DNA of 64,000 nucleotides from Antedon mediterranea (Eukaryota > Animalia > Echinodermata), in NCBI RefSeq assembly GCF_964355755.1, contig NC_092672.1:30262437-30326436 (forward strand), given 5' to 3'. Every line of letters starts with the position of its first letter. Within the stretch, counting starts at the first letter, position 1. The notes under the pieces were generated by a model, which ran no database searches, was not told the DNA's origin, and worked only from the letters and a program-made list of their open reading frames with translations. Below, piece by piece: positions 1 through 13,300 of the stretch. A program made the translations under genes and the position numbers.

Positions 1-1129
1 ATTTACAGTAGTTCTCAAGTGTTATCTAGGGCGTAAAGCTCATTATCTTGTTTTGTGTTATCATTAGATTTGAATAGAGCTATTTTGACTTGGTTCATTG
101 AGATAATTCTTTTATTGTTAATGATACAATTAGCATTCTTGAAGAACTGTACAACAGGCCTACAAGCAAACCCTTGTGTCTACTGTACAGATCTCTCTTT
201 TGATTAATTAAACAGTTTTGACTGCAAAAAATGTTACTGACTAAATGAGCTATACAGTTCAGTACATGTTCTATTCTAATAACAGTAAAAAAATAAATAT
301 TGAATTTTTGTTTTCTTTAATTATATTTATAGCCTTTATAGGTAAAAAATAAAAACCTTTTTTTGTTAGAATTTCAGAAAATAAGGATTGATAAAGGCAT
401 TCAATAATTAAAACAAAATGTAACATTATTTTACACAGTGGCTACTGTACACCATTGAAAATGTTGATTTTTATTTTAAAATTGTTCACACTTTGAGGTA
501 CTGTATAGTTACAGTACTGTACAACACTTTTGATAAATTTATAATTTTTATTTTATGTTTTACAGTACATTTTTTCCATGCCTTACACTGACAGTAGTTG
601 GTACTTTATATCCAGAATAGAATTAATGATTTTTATTGACTGTTCCTAGTTTACAAGTAGTTGTTTTGAGATTTGTTTTGGTTTGAAAATCATGAAAAAC
701 AAGTCCCTTTTTTATTCTTCATACTGTAAGCATCATTATATCAATTCTGTTAAGGTCAAAACTCCTTTACACTTGACATCAACAGCAGGCTATTAGTAAT
801 TTGATTTTATCAAATGCCAGCCAATGGTTAATATTTAATCACCTGTACTATTAACCAACATATTGTATAACCTTCAGTTGACTATAGTATACAGACTAAA
901 CTTTATTGATGAATTTGGCAACTACAGTACAGTCAGTCATTGACTAGTCTGAATCTGATCACATGACCATAACTAGGTCATGAGGGAATCCCTGGCTAAT
1001 TTGCATACGAATGAAGCTTTCTGTTTGGTTTACCCCATTCAAACATAAACAGGACCAACTGTGACTGTGTAGGCTTGTGTTTGTCGATCAGTTTAAATCA
1101 GGATTTTCCTAGGCTTAGCCTTAGGCTTC

Positions 1130-1195
1130 ATGGATTCCTATAAATTAACCAGTAAGGTGGTGGATGATGTGCTTTCGGATGTGTACCCGTCTGCG
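1130..1195 (+). CDS. Candidate (alternative) first coding exon of rootletin, MDSYKLTSKVVDDVLSDVYPSA
   Basis: ATG at 1130, 22 open codons, strong phase-0 donor GCG|GTAAGT that matches the phase-0 acceptor at 4372; octamer ATTTGCAT near 1000. Confidence 0.5.
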
Positions 1196-4100
1196 GTAAG
1201 TTTTTAAAATTATAGTCTGAACAGTTAACATTTCTGACACCTGGATTGTTTTGTAAAGATTCTTACTAACTATAACTAAAGTATTGTATAAATTGTTTAT
1301 ATTATTTAGTGTATCTTTTTTGTTTTCATTTTTTCTCAATATAATAGAATATTTAGTTCTTTAAACTTGGGTCAATATTATGAAAATTTCATTTACTTGT
1401 TATTAACAAAAGGACAGTGTTGATAACAGTTGGATGAAGTTCCAATTTATTCTGAAATTTGAGACAGTTTGTCAACAACATTAAACTATGCAATGCAATC
1501 GCTTTGCTAATTGATTTTCTTAATAATTAACAGAGTAATAATTTATAATTGATCTGGATTTGCATATTTAAACTTACTTTTAGTCTGTTACAGTATGTAC
1601 AGTACAGTACTGTGTGTATGTACAGTATCCACCACAGTCTGATGAGGAAGCATACAGTAGATCATCCATTCATTCCATACATATTGTAGGCTACTTTTAT
1701 CACCTTTATCCCTATCACTACTTTTGATATTTTAAATATAATGGTACTCAATAAATTTATTCAAAATTACTAATTATTATTTTTTTTTGGTGTACAGTAA
1801 AATATTTTGCCATGATTTTATTTCAAATTGCAGATGGTGTAAATAAGCAAATATTTGAATAATCAGTTCTGACTTGGCGCGAGAATTTTTCTCTTCAATG
1901 ATTATAATTTTGCTTTTATTAATATGTACTTAATTAAACGTGAGGTGCATATTAAATACATAATTACTCAACTCTTTATTCTAAACACAAAAGACCCTTC
2001 TAGAGATTTTTCGAGGGGGTTGTGTTCAGAGTTAATGAAGTATAACTCGACCATCGCTAAGCGTAACAACAAATTACACGCATCACGTACCGCAAGACTT
2101 CATCTCATATCTAATAGCTGCATTGTTGCAGTTTTTGAATTGTAGGTCCAGATGTACGGGATATTGTATGTTGGTTTATTCGATTGAGACAGAGTTGTAA
2201 GTGCAGGTTGAATTTCAATTGTTTTGTTGTGAACAATAATGGTATACAGTAATTTGGTATATTGGCATTATTGGCAAACTCTCTGAATTAATTTGTAATT
2301 CAATTTCTGTAGACTGACTGTACACCGAAATTCTACATGACACATATGAAATTAATATGTAACTTGTTGTTCTTCCTGCCTATGTGGTAGGCCTAAGTAT
2401 AATACATGGTTCTTACATTGACTTAATCCTTTCTTTATTGCGAGTGTGTGGTATAGTGTGTTGGGCTTTTGATTGTGAGATACTTTAGCTTAAGTCCAAT
2501 AACTTAAGTCATATTGTGTCCTTACTGTTGGACACAATGATTGTTGTTTGCAATCATGTCACTGTACTTTCTTAATATTTTATAAAATCTGGGATACATG
2601 GCATTGACAATACATACTGTAATTGAGGCTTTTATTCTAAGGTACTGTAGGATGGTAAAGATTCAATTTATTGTCACATAATATTACATTACATGGAATT
2701 TGTTTTCATGAGCTTAGAAACATATACAGTACAATACAATTTAAAAAACACAATATAAAGACGTACAGCAACACCTTAATTAATTGATTTTATTTATTTT
2801 ATTTTATTTTTTTATACCAAATAAATAAATAAATAAATAAAATTATATTGAAAATTGTACATTATTTTATATACAGTAGATGACAAGCATGCGATTTATA
2901 TAATCTCAACCTCTCCAGTGGGCAAATATTCTTGAAATTTAGTGAGGTTTCCAAAGACCTTTTTATTCTTATTATTTCATCTAAAGGACGTAACATTGTT
3001 CCTTTTCAAATAATTAATCTTGATAAAGGTGTAATCACAATGCATTATCTACTGTAGTATAGTAATGACAGTTGTACTGTACTTGATGTTCCATCTGAAG
3101 GACGGGGAATCTTTGTTCCTCTGCGTTTTCAATGTTAAATTATTAATCTTCAATTTAGGTGCATTGCATGTAGTGTCATTATCCACCATTAAAAAGAAAC
3201 CCTAACATTTCTCATTCATCTTTGATCAGACACTTGAAGAAATCTCAGTGACTCCTTTTGTCATTTCTTAATTCTAAAAAAAAACACCTACTTTTCTTTT
3301 GTTCATCTATCATCAGCCTATTGTCAGCTTAACATTGAGCTAACACTTTAGTGTGAAAACAAACCTTGAAGTACTGTAAACATTGTATTGTACATGATTT
3401 GTAAACATTAAGGCCATGTTCACACTGATGGAGTTATGGCATATTTGTGTAACACAATGCTGTAGAGATACTGTAGCAGAGGTAAAATTATAAACTTCAG
3501 TGAAAATAAAACTGTGTTCAGACACGGAGCAATGCTTTAGAAGTTTAATTTCTTTAGGACACTTTTGTGTGTTGTGCTTTGTTTACCCCAATACAATTAA
3601 TATTATCAACTATTTTTTATTAAATAAAGTTTTAAACAAAGCTACTGTATAGTATAATTTAAAAAACTAATTTGAAAAAAAACTTTAAATTATAAAATAA
3701 TAGAAAATACACATTGTAATTTAAACTTTTGCATAGAAGAAGAGCTGTAAATAAGATACGATGCATTGATCCGCTCATTTGCATAATCAATATTATCATT
3801 GTCATCTACAAGAGGGAGACGCTACCAATTTTATTGCATTGTTTGTGTTGTCATGTTTCCGGTCACCTGATACAGACCTGGGAACAATGAGGCCACCTTG
3901 GCATATTGTACTGTACACAATATAGTAACCCCTCCTTCAAGTATTAGAGCCAGTGCTCAATGAGCTATATACTCAAATATATACTTGAATTTTATTTAAT
4001 ACCCCTATAATAATGGTAGATTCCATGAACCCTGCCCTCAATTGGTTGCATCCTGACACACAACCATAATTATTTATGTTACACAACTTTTGGTTTGTGT

Positions 4101-4371
4101 AAATTCACAGAATGATCTTAGAAAATAAAAATTGTCTGTAAGTGTAATGTTATTTTTAACTGTGACCCATCATTGGTCATCATCATACCGTTTTTTTTTT
4201 ACTTGCCGGAATTCAATTTTACATTTTATATTTTTAACACAAAGTAGATGTGAGAAATGCTTTAAACTGCAGTAATACATAATGAAATTACTAGTTCTTG
4301 GTTTGTGCTTTCAGTAATACTTGGCCTTTCTGAATATTTTGATACTGATATACTTTTTCTTTCATTTCCAG

Positions 4372-7300
4372 CTTGAACAGTCATTTAAATCTGATGTCAA
4401 CGATCGAGAACGTGAAGAACAGAACAAGAGTCTGGTTGGCCAGAATATTGAACTGCGTCGAAAGCTAGAAGAGGAACATTCAAATTACAAACGCAAGTTG
4501 CAGGCATATCAGGATGGTCAGCAAAGACAGGCCCAGCTCGTTCAAAAACTGCAGGCAAAGGTAAACAAATCAACAGGAGTTTTGGTTGTCTATGAGTGCC
4601 ATTTACCTGGTTAAACCAACAGTGCATAGCCCTCTCTCCCTGAAATGAAGATGGTGGAATGTTATGTTCCTTCTACAGAGGGGTTGACTGTTCCATTGCT
4701 GGGTATTGTACGGGTGTTTCAATAACTTTTTTTATTCTCTCACTTGAGAAACAAGGGCTAATATTGGTTTATCCAGGTACAGTAAGCTAGGCATGAAATA
4801 GACTTACCTTAGTGTTCTGCACACTCTTTCCATTACCTACATACTTAGCTACAGTAGAAGAGAGTCACCATTTTATTGCTGCTGTTGCATACAGTATAGA
4901 GAATAATATCATCAGTAGCCTGATAGCCCTGTACACATATTGTTACCAGTACTAACATTTTTCATAATTATTGTTTTGAGACCAATACCACAGCAAAAGA
5001 ATTGAATTGTTGTTGTGAATTTGTAAATAAGTTTTTCCAAACAGACACAACTTGGAGATTTAATATCAAACATTATTTATGAAAACTATTAAAAACAATT
5101 TATAAAAATAATTATGAGCTATATGAAAAATTGTTTTCCCCAAAGCTGGCATTTAAATGCACTCAACAATCAGAAAGAGATGACTATCTGTTATCTAATT
5201 AATAGCAAACTAGCGAACAATATGGATTGGTTGCCATAGTGGCAATCGCAATTTTATGTCCTAATAAAGTGCATTACTTTTTATCATTTTAATCATAATT
5301 TCTAATTTCTAAAAGGCTTAAGTGTATCAACCTTAGATTTAAAAGACAGTGTTCTTTGAATTAGCTTGTTATTGAATAGAAGAAAAAATAACTGGAGATT
5401 TTAATAGTTGACATTGAAAATGACTAATGGTTACTGTATGCATATACAATTTGCAAATCTATTTCTACACTACTAAAGATTTAAAATTTATAATATTTTG
5501 TCTTGTTAAATTATGTCATTGTTATAATTTTCAATACTAAATTCCTTTCATTTAAAAAAAATATTTGTTCAAAGGTTCTTCAGTATAAACGAAAGTGTGG
5601 AGAACTTGAGGCGCAGGTACAAGACAAGAGCTTGTCAGAGTCTGATAATGCTGCATCGGTAAGTGCCATTATTTATTCCTGTGACTGATTGCAATAACTA
5701 TATTTCTGCATTGTTAAACTTTGTTAGGGTGCCAAGTCTTAGACTTGCCACCCTAACAATAACACCATGATTAAAATAGATAAATAATTTTGTTCATGTA
5801 GCTTCGTTCAACCACTGATGATCTGAAGTCCCGCCTGGAGAGCACAGAAGCTCGGCTACGCATGACTGAGCAAGAACATAGTTCAGATTTAGAAAATGCG
5901 CTTGTTAAACTCGAAGAAGAGCAGCAGAGAAGTGCCAGCCTGGCACATGTCAACTCGATGTTACGTGAACAATTGGACCAAGCAACCGCGGCCAATCAGA
6001 ATCTCACTCAAGACATCAACAAGTTGACACAAGACTGGGCAAAGGCACGCGATGAGTTGGAGACGAAAGAGTCTGAGTGGAGATCAGAGGAGAGGGTGAG
6101 TACTACACCAGAACTTGGGTGGACAGTCAGAATGTCAAAGAACAATAGTCTGTTTCTTGTTTAAATATTATTTATGCTATGCATTCAATATTATAATTTT
6201 GCTATAAACTTGTTATAATAATAAAATGATAGTTTCTGTATTAAATATAGTATACATGTAGTTACTGTAATATTTCTGTGCTAACTTACTGTGGTATAAT
6301 AGTTTAGTTTAGTTATAATGGGAAAGTTTAGGCGAGTGCCTTTTTAACCCCATATCAACTACATTGTGTCGATGCGATTCTTGAAGGTGTTAGTGGTCTC
6401 AGAATTAATAACGTCAACTGGTAAACTGTTCCAATGGTTTATTACTCGTTACGAGAAGGTATGTCTTCTACCGTTCAATCCTTTACGGAAAATAAGCTTG
6501 AAAAATCTCAGGTTATGTCCTCAAGTAATTCTGCTAATAATAACAGTTATTTCTGTAAAATAGTAACTGTACTTTAGTGTTTTGTTACATTCCGTATTAC
6601 ATTTTATTGCAACTTTTTATTCCAACATGTTCTAGATACCATCAACTAATTATTCCATAACAGTGTAACTTGAGTCCCTGGAAACGATATTAGAAACAAA
6701 TTATTGTTGCCATTATTAAAAATAACGATGTACTGTAGCCCAGAGCGATCAATACATTGTTGCGTTATGGGCATTTTACTTTATTTGCCGGTTTCTTCCT
6801 GAATAGCATTTGATTATTGACTTTTTATACAGTTATTGTTAAAGTGCACAATTATTTACATAATAATTATGGCTTTATATTGACAGTACTTAAACATAGT
6901 TCCTACATATTTTATCTTAACATTTATGGAAGTGTACTTTCATCAAAATATTGATTAAAATTATAATAAGTATAAAATTCTATGCTGTCGGGCAATTAAC
7001 GGTAAAACATGATGCAAACAAAGGAAAATTCAAATTAATCGTGTGCATGAAAAATAATTAAAAAAATGAATGAAATTAACTTGCCTCAATCATAAATTTA
7101 TCATACTGTAAATGATCATAGAAATTTGTGTATTTTTTAAAAATTTCCTTAACATAAACATACATGTTGACTGTTATTATCAATAATATGAAATAATATA
7201 TACTGTATAACAATAATATAAAAGTTAAAACAAAAAGAATAAAAAAAAATATATCTGCAAACCTACTCTTTGAATTATGTAAAAACCATATTTTTTTTTT

Positions 7301-10300
7301 ACATATTGAACAATACTTTAAAATAAAATCACAACATTTTGTAATACTCTTATGTAATGTTGTTATTCACATAATTTTTAGATTAATTTTTTATTATTTT
7401 TTTTAATTGAATTTTGAGGACAATAAATCTTTTGTCTGTTAGTTTGCTACAGTAATTATGAAACTGCTGCATCATCAAGTTTATATCTTTTCAATTGAAC
7501 TAATAATATTGATGGCAATCTCAAGTAGTTTCCTACAGCATTTAATAATTGTACGCGATATCATATTGTTGTTTTTTAATGAATTTATAAATCGCATGTA
7601 TTTACGACATACTCAATCCTATTCTTGCAGTCGTTTAATGAGTATTTCAACAACGAACATGCACGACTCCTATCACTGTGGCGTTCAGTCGTTGGATTCA
7701 GACGTTCATTCAGTGAGATGAAATCGGCAACCGAACGGTAAGTACCAGATCCTCGAATAATTCATTTTTTGTTTATTTCGCATTAGCCAAATGATGAGTT
7801 TTATTAGTGTCACATAAAAAAAGATGTCTGGCTGTTTCAATTTAAATTTGCTTTGATTGTCTGAGCTTGTTGAATTAAATTATTTATGTGGAGTTTTGTT
7901 TGCTAATTTTTGAATAATAAAATTGTGGGGGTGTCACTTAATAACAATAATTATGTATCAATTGACAGTTTTGAGTTTTACAGTAAACAATTTAATAATA
8001 ATAGTATCTACTTATTGGATTGTTTGCATTCACTCGCATTTATTTGACATGCCGCTAGCGTGACAGGAGTTTGTTGAATAATTGAATACAGTATTTAATA
8101 AACCACCAATAAACTGTGAGCTTATTTCAATTCAATTTAGAACAGATTTGTAAACTAAAGATATGTTGTGTCCCTGAAAAAATATTTAAAAAGTTTTTGT
8201 TGAATATGTCATTTGTCACACATTTGAAAAACATTTTTGTATGACAATACATCTTTAATGAATGCATCGTAATACATTTCATCATGAAATAGATAAATTA
8301 TTTTCCCTTTCCTTATTTTAGACCTATATTTCCAGAGCTACATTATTTCCTTTTTTTTTCAGAAATTAAAATTGTTGTTTTACATTTTTTGACTGATTAT
8401 GGTAGTATTCACATTAATCTTCCATAAAATTATATTTTTACAATTTGTAGGGATATTTCTCACATGAGATCCGACTTAAATCGTACTTCACGTAACATGC
8501 AAACTGCTTGTCTCAACCTTGGGTCAAACATCCGGTCGTCTGAACTGACCAGTGGTGCAAACGCTGAGAAAGAACGCTCTGACCGACTGGCGTTGGAGAC
8601 TCAATTGCGAGAAAAGGTTAAAGACAACATGGACTTGCAAGCTAAGTTTGAGGCTGAGCGAGCTGATCTGAACTCAAGGTTGGTTTATGTTTACTATCAA
8701 AATGACAGTGTGTTATAAGGAACCATGTCAATAATTTTCTACTGCAGTTTCTGCAGTAAATACATTATTTAGCAAGTTTTTCTTTGGATAAGGATACACA
8801 CTGATAATGATACACACAGATAATGATACACACTGATAATGATACACACTGATAATGATACACACTGATAATGATACACACTGATAATGATACACACTGA
8901 TAATGATACACACTGATAACGATACACACTGATAACGATACACACTGATAACGATACACACTGATAACGATACACACTGATAACAATACACACTGATAAT
9001 AATACACTAATGATACATACATATTGCATTGACTGAATTAACTATTACATTAAAACAAATTTAAAGTCATGTGTTACTGCAGTAAACAAAATTGTATGTA
9101 GTTACTGCAGCAGATCCTTTCGCTCCCAATTCAATTCACACACATTTCTTTAATGTCCCTCATTTTCCAAATAATTTACTACTATGTAAAATATTACCTT
9201 CCAATTATAATTATTAATCTGTTTATTTTTATAGAGCTCAATTACCAAAAAAATGTTTAAAATAAACGATTGATTCCTCAAATGTTTGATTGGTCAGCTT
9301 GGCCAACATAATTAATTCTTTGATTTTATATATATATTTATTTAATTAGAATTAACGAGTTGACTGTGATGAATGAGAAATATAAGATCCAGATAGCTGA
9401 GAAAGATAACTTAGTACACACAATGAACAAAGGCAATGATGATTCTGGAAAGACCGAATCCAGCAAAGATTTCCCCGATGGTGAGAACATGCAAGGGCTA
9501 CGAGAGGAGTGCGAAGCTTTACATACCGCCCTCCGTGACATTGCGCAAGCTGTCATTCAAGATGCGGAAGATACGACCACGGTAGAGAATGCTAAAGAGG
9601 ATGGTGAGATAACTTTCCCGACTCCATACGCCTGGTCCACCCCGATGAGGTCACCGTCTCCATCACGACTTCTGCGGAGTGGTAGATCATTGTCACCATC
9701 AAGACACTCGCGTTCACCTTCTAGGAACGCTCCTTCTCCAGGACGTCCAGGCTCGCCACAGTTTGCCGAGTCAACATTCTCTGCCGTGCAGGCTGCCCTG
9801 CAAAAACGCCAGCTACAAGTGCAGGAATTAAGAGCGAAATTGATCTCATCCAAAGATCAAGGAGAAGCACTCAAGAAACATCTTGAAAAGTCGGAGAATG
9901 ACCAACGTCAGCAAGAGCGACAGAACATGGCATTAAATGAGGAACTTGAGTCTGCTAAACGGCAGGCTGAGGACATCCGAAGAGATCGTGATAGATTGAG
10001 AAACTCTCTTGAAGCTACAGGAAGGTAAATATGACTAAATTAGTTAAATAAAATTGTCCATGTAATATAAGGCTAAAAAGTGTTTTTCAAAAAGCTGTGT
10101 AATAATCATAATTATGCCAGGTATTGTTTACTATCTGAAAGAGTCATGCAAGCAATGTCACTATTGGCCAGACTCCTGTCAAACTATTTGTTGTAACATG
10201 GAATAAGAATTTTAGCAGAATAATCATAATTTATATTTTTCTGTGAGTGTGACAGCATGATCTGATAGATAGAATTTAGACAATAGATCAATATATTTAC

Positions 10301-13300
10301 CTTTTTATTTTCAGTGAAAAATCAGCTCTTGAGAACCTGAGAGCGTCACTCAATGATCAAATTGAAGCCTTGAACTTGGAGTGTGAACGGCTACAAGCTG
10401 CCAACTCAGAACTGCAGCGCCAAAGAGACAATCTGGAGGATGAGAATGAAGATCGGGACAAGGATATGGAAAGACAGAAGAAGGAAATTGAAAGAAGGTA
10501 TGTGGAATCTAGTCTTTGTTTTCTCCCAATTCCCAATTAATTCTTATACTATTTATTTAAAAAATTCTTTCTATGCGACAGTCACAAGTTAATCGATCAA
10601 GTTGAAAGCAAGAACTCCTCCTTGAAAGAAGAGATTGTTGCTCTCAAAGAAGCATTCAATAAAGCCATTCTCGAGAAAGAAGTCTTAGAACAAGAAAAAG
10701 CTGAGATCAGTAAGTAACACTATTTACTAATAATATTAGATTATTACTATTAGAAAACCAGTGCTATATATTTCAATAGACATCTGACAGTTATTTTACA
10801 CTAAATAACATCAACACTGTGGTCTAAGATACAGTAATAACATTTTCTCTCTTGAAACTGAAAATTTAGGTTAGCAGTCTCAATGTTGACTTAGGCCTAA
10901 GGCTCCAGCCTAGGTCTTTATACCGCATTTTCCCCCTGGCCACTTATTGTTATTAGTAAATATTGTTGTAATCAATAGAGTATAGAAACTGCCTCATGTT
11001 TGCCATGTCAATATTTAACAACATTTGACCTTTGTACATGCATGTCATAATTCTTAAGTAAAAAAGGTATTTTATTATGTCACAATTAGCCAGTTATTAA
11101 AGGTTATTGACATATTAAAACCAATTTGTAAATTCAACTTGGTTAATTATTAGAAGTCTAATCCTTTGTTCATGATCACTTACTGTGCATTTCTTTAACG
11201 TTGCAGATGAAGCACTTTCACAGGTCGAAAGCCACCGGGCTGAGTTACAGCTGAATATGAACAGGCTTAAGACTGAGGAGTCTAGGCTGAAGGATGCATT
11301 GATTAAGATGCAAGCACTGAATGAAGGCCTAGGCCAAGATAAGATTGAGCTCAACAAGATTATCATGATGGTAGTTATTTGTTTTTTTAAAATTTAATAT
11401 TTTAAATATAGTTAGAACTCCTAACAAAGTATCCCCTTAATGCTCTGTCTACACTATCAAACTTTGTACATATATGGACATGATGATGTCATATCACTAC
11501 CATATTTGGGTACATCACACATTTTTGTCAAACTAGTTTGATAGTGTAGACAGAGCTTTATAGAGGTGTCTTCTGAATAGGCCATATATTTTTTCTTGTT
11601 CGTTTCATGACCAAGAGCCCATTCAATAGAGGTCTCTTCTGACAAGCGGTGCTCCAAAGAAGGGTTCTACCCTTATAGAGAAACACACCATTTGGTGATA
11701 GTTGTCTGTGACAGCTTTTGTCTCTCAGTGCTTCCTTTTTTTTTTCACTGAAAGGAATAAATACAAAAATAAATAAAATATACTATTTTTTTTTTTACTT
11801 GGTAACTGGAAAATTCCATAAAACAAACAAAAAACTAAAAATGATACCTGTACATTTATTTATAACAGATGGAAAGTGAAAAGGCTTCTTTATTGTCTGA
11901 GAAAGGTGAACTTGAGCAAGAGAAGTCCAGCATCCGAGAAGAGCTTGTCAGAGTTGAGAACGAAAAGATGGATACCGAGACAGAGAAGATGGGTCTGGAT
12001 CAGAGCCTAAACCTTGCGGAACAGAGTAAAGAGCGTCTGGAAGAAGAGTTTACAATGATGATGAAACAAAAGACTGATCTGCAAGATAGCTTGGCTGTGG
12101 TAAGTCTTGTTGACACACGTTAGTAGTATTTGTTTGTTTTTGATCAGACTTATCTTTTCAGCCACTTGAAATGATCATACATAGGGGTTTTGTTTATTTC
12201 ATTTGTACAAATAATATTTACCAGCCTAAACTGAAACTGTACTCTACATTTTTGTTACTAATTAGCTGGGTCGCCAAAAGAAGAGTCTTGCAGAGGAGTT
12301 GCTGCAATCCCGCCGTGAACTGGAGAGACAAGGAAGCACTGTTGTGAGAGTTGCTCGAGAGAAAGAAGATCTCACAAAGGAGAAAGCTAGTCTCATAGTC
12401 CAGCTGACAGCTTCAGAACGCGAGAACCGTGCTCAATCTGAGGTAAGTTGGTTCAGCCTTTAGAATAGTGATATTGATTTTGTTATAATTCGTCACTCGT
12501 CACACGAACCGGCGAATCGTCATTTTGGCGCGAAATTTTTTTTTGTATATTTCGAAAGTATTTATTCTAAAGAACAATTGATGCAAATATCAACTGCTTA
12601 TCTTATTTAAATAATTAATTATTTAAATTATAATTTTGCGAATATATACACGAAGCGTCGAATATCGATTCGTCACTTCGTGTGAGTAAAACGCGCATCA
12701 CGCACACTGTTTACGCGCCTCAATAAACGGCGAATATGCAATTCGTCACTAATTGCATGTGATCTGATTGGTTTATTGCATATCTGGAACATTCCATTTT
12801 GATGGCCAATTTTCAGTCCCGCGAAGTTAGATTGAGCATAGATTAAAGAATTTTGAACAGTATTTTACCCAGTAAAAACTGATTTTTGTGGTTATTGATA
12901 AATTATTTAGTAAGCTAATTATATAAATACATTTCAGGAAATGTAATGCAACGTTTCGATGTTTGTTCTTTCGTACGTTCACTCGAGCACTAGCAAAACA
13001 TTACATTCAATTATGGCACTGACAACACATACACGAAACGGTACGGTAACGATTAGGCCTAAATCAATGTTATAGTCTTAAGTATTTTGAAATATTCAAT
13101 TTTTTTGAGAATAAATAACCTGATTATTAAAAAGAAACATCAAATTTCACCTCTATTTTTAATTGGTAATGCTACTAAGGATAATAACTTTAATTTCTGT
13201 GTACACATTTTTATTAAACAATTCATACATTTTGATGTTAGAGTATTTATATTTTTTGTTTTTTCTTTTTAAATTAGATTGTTACAGTATAATTATTATA

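Noticed and set aside
2152-2201. Another candidate rootletin first exon ending in GTAAGT
   Set aside because: The ATG frames either stop or end in phase 2, incompatible with the phase-0 acceptor at 4372.
8728-9029. Three overlapping Cys/Tyr-rich repetitive ORFs on the minus strand
   Set aside because: Artefact of a stop-free 16-bp minisatellite within a rootletin intron.
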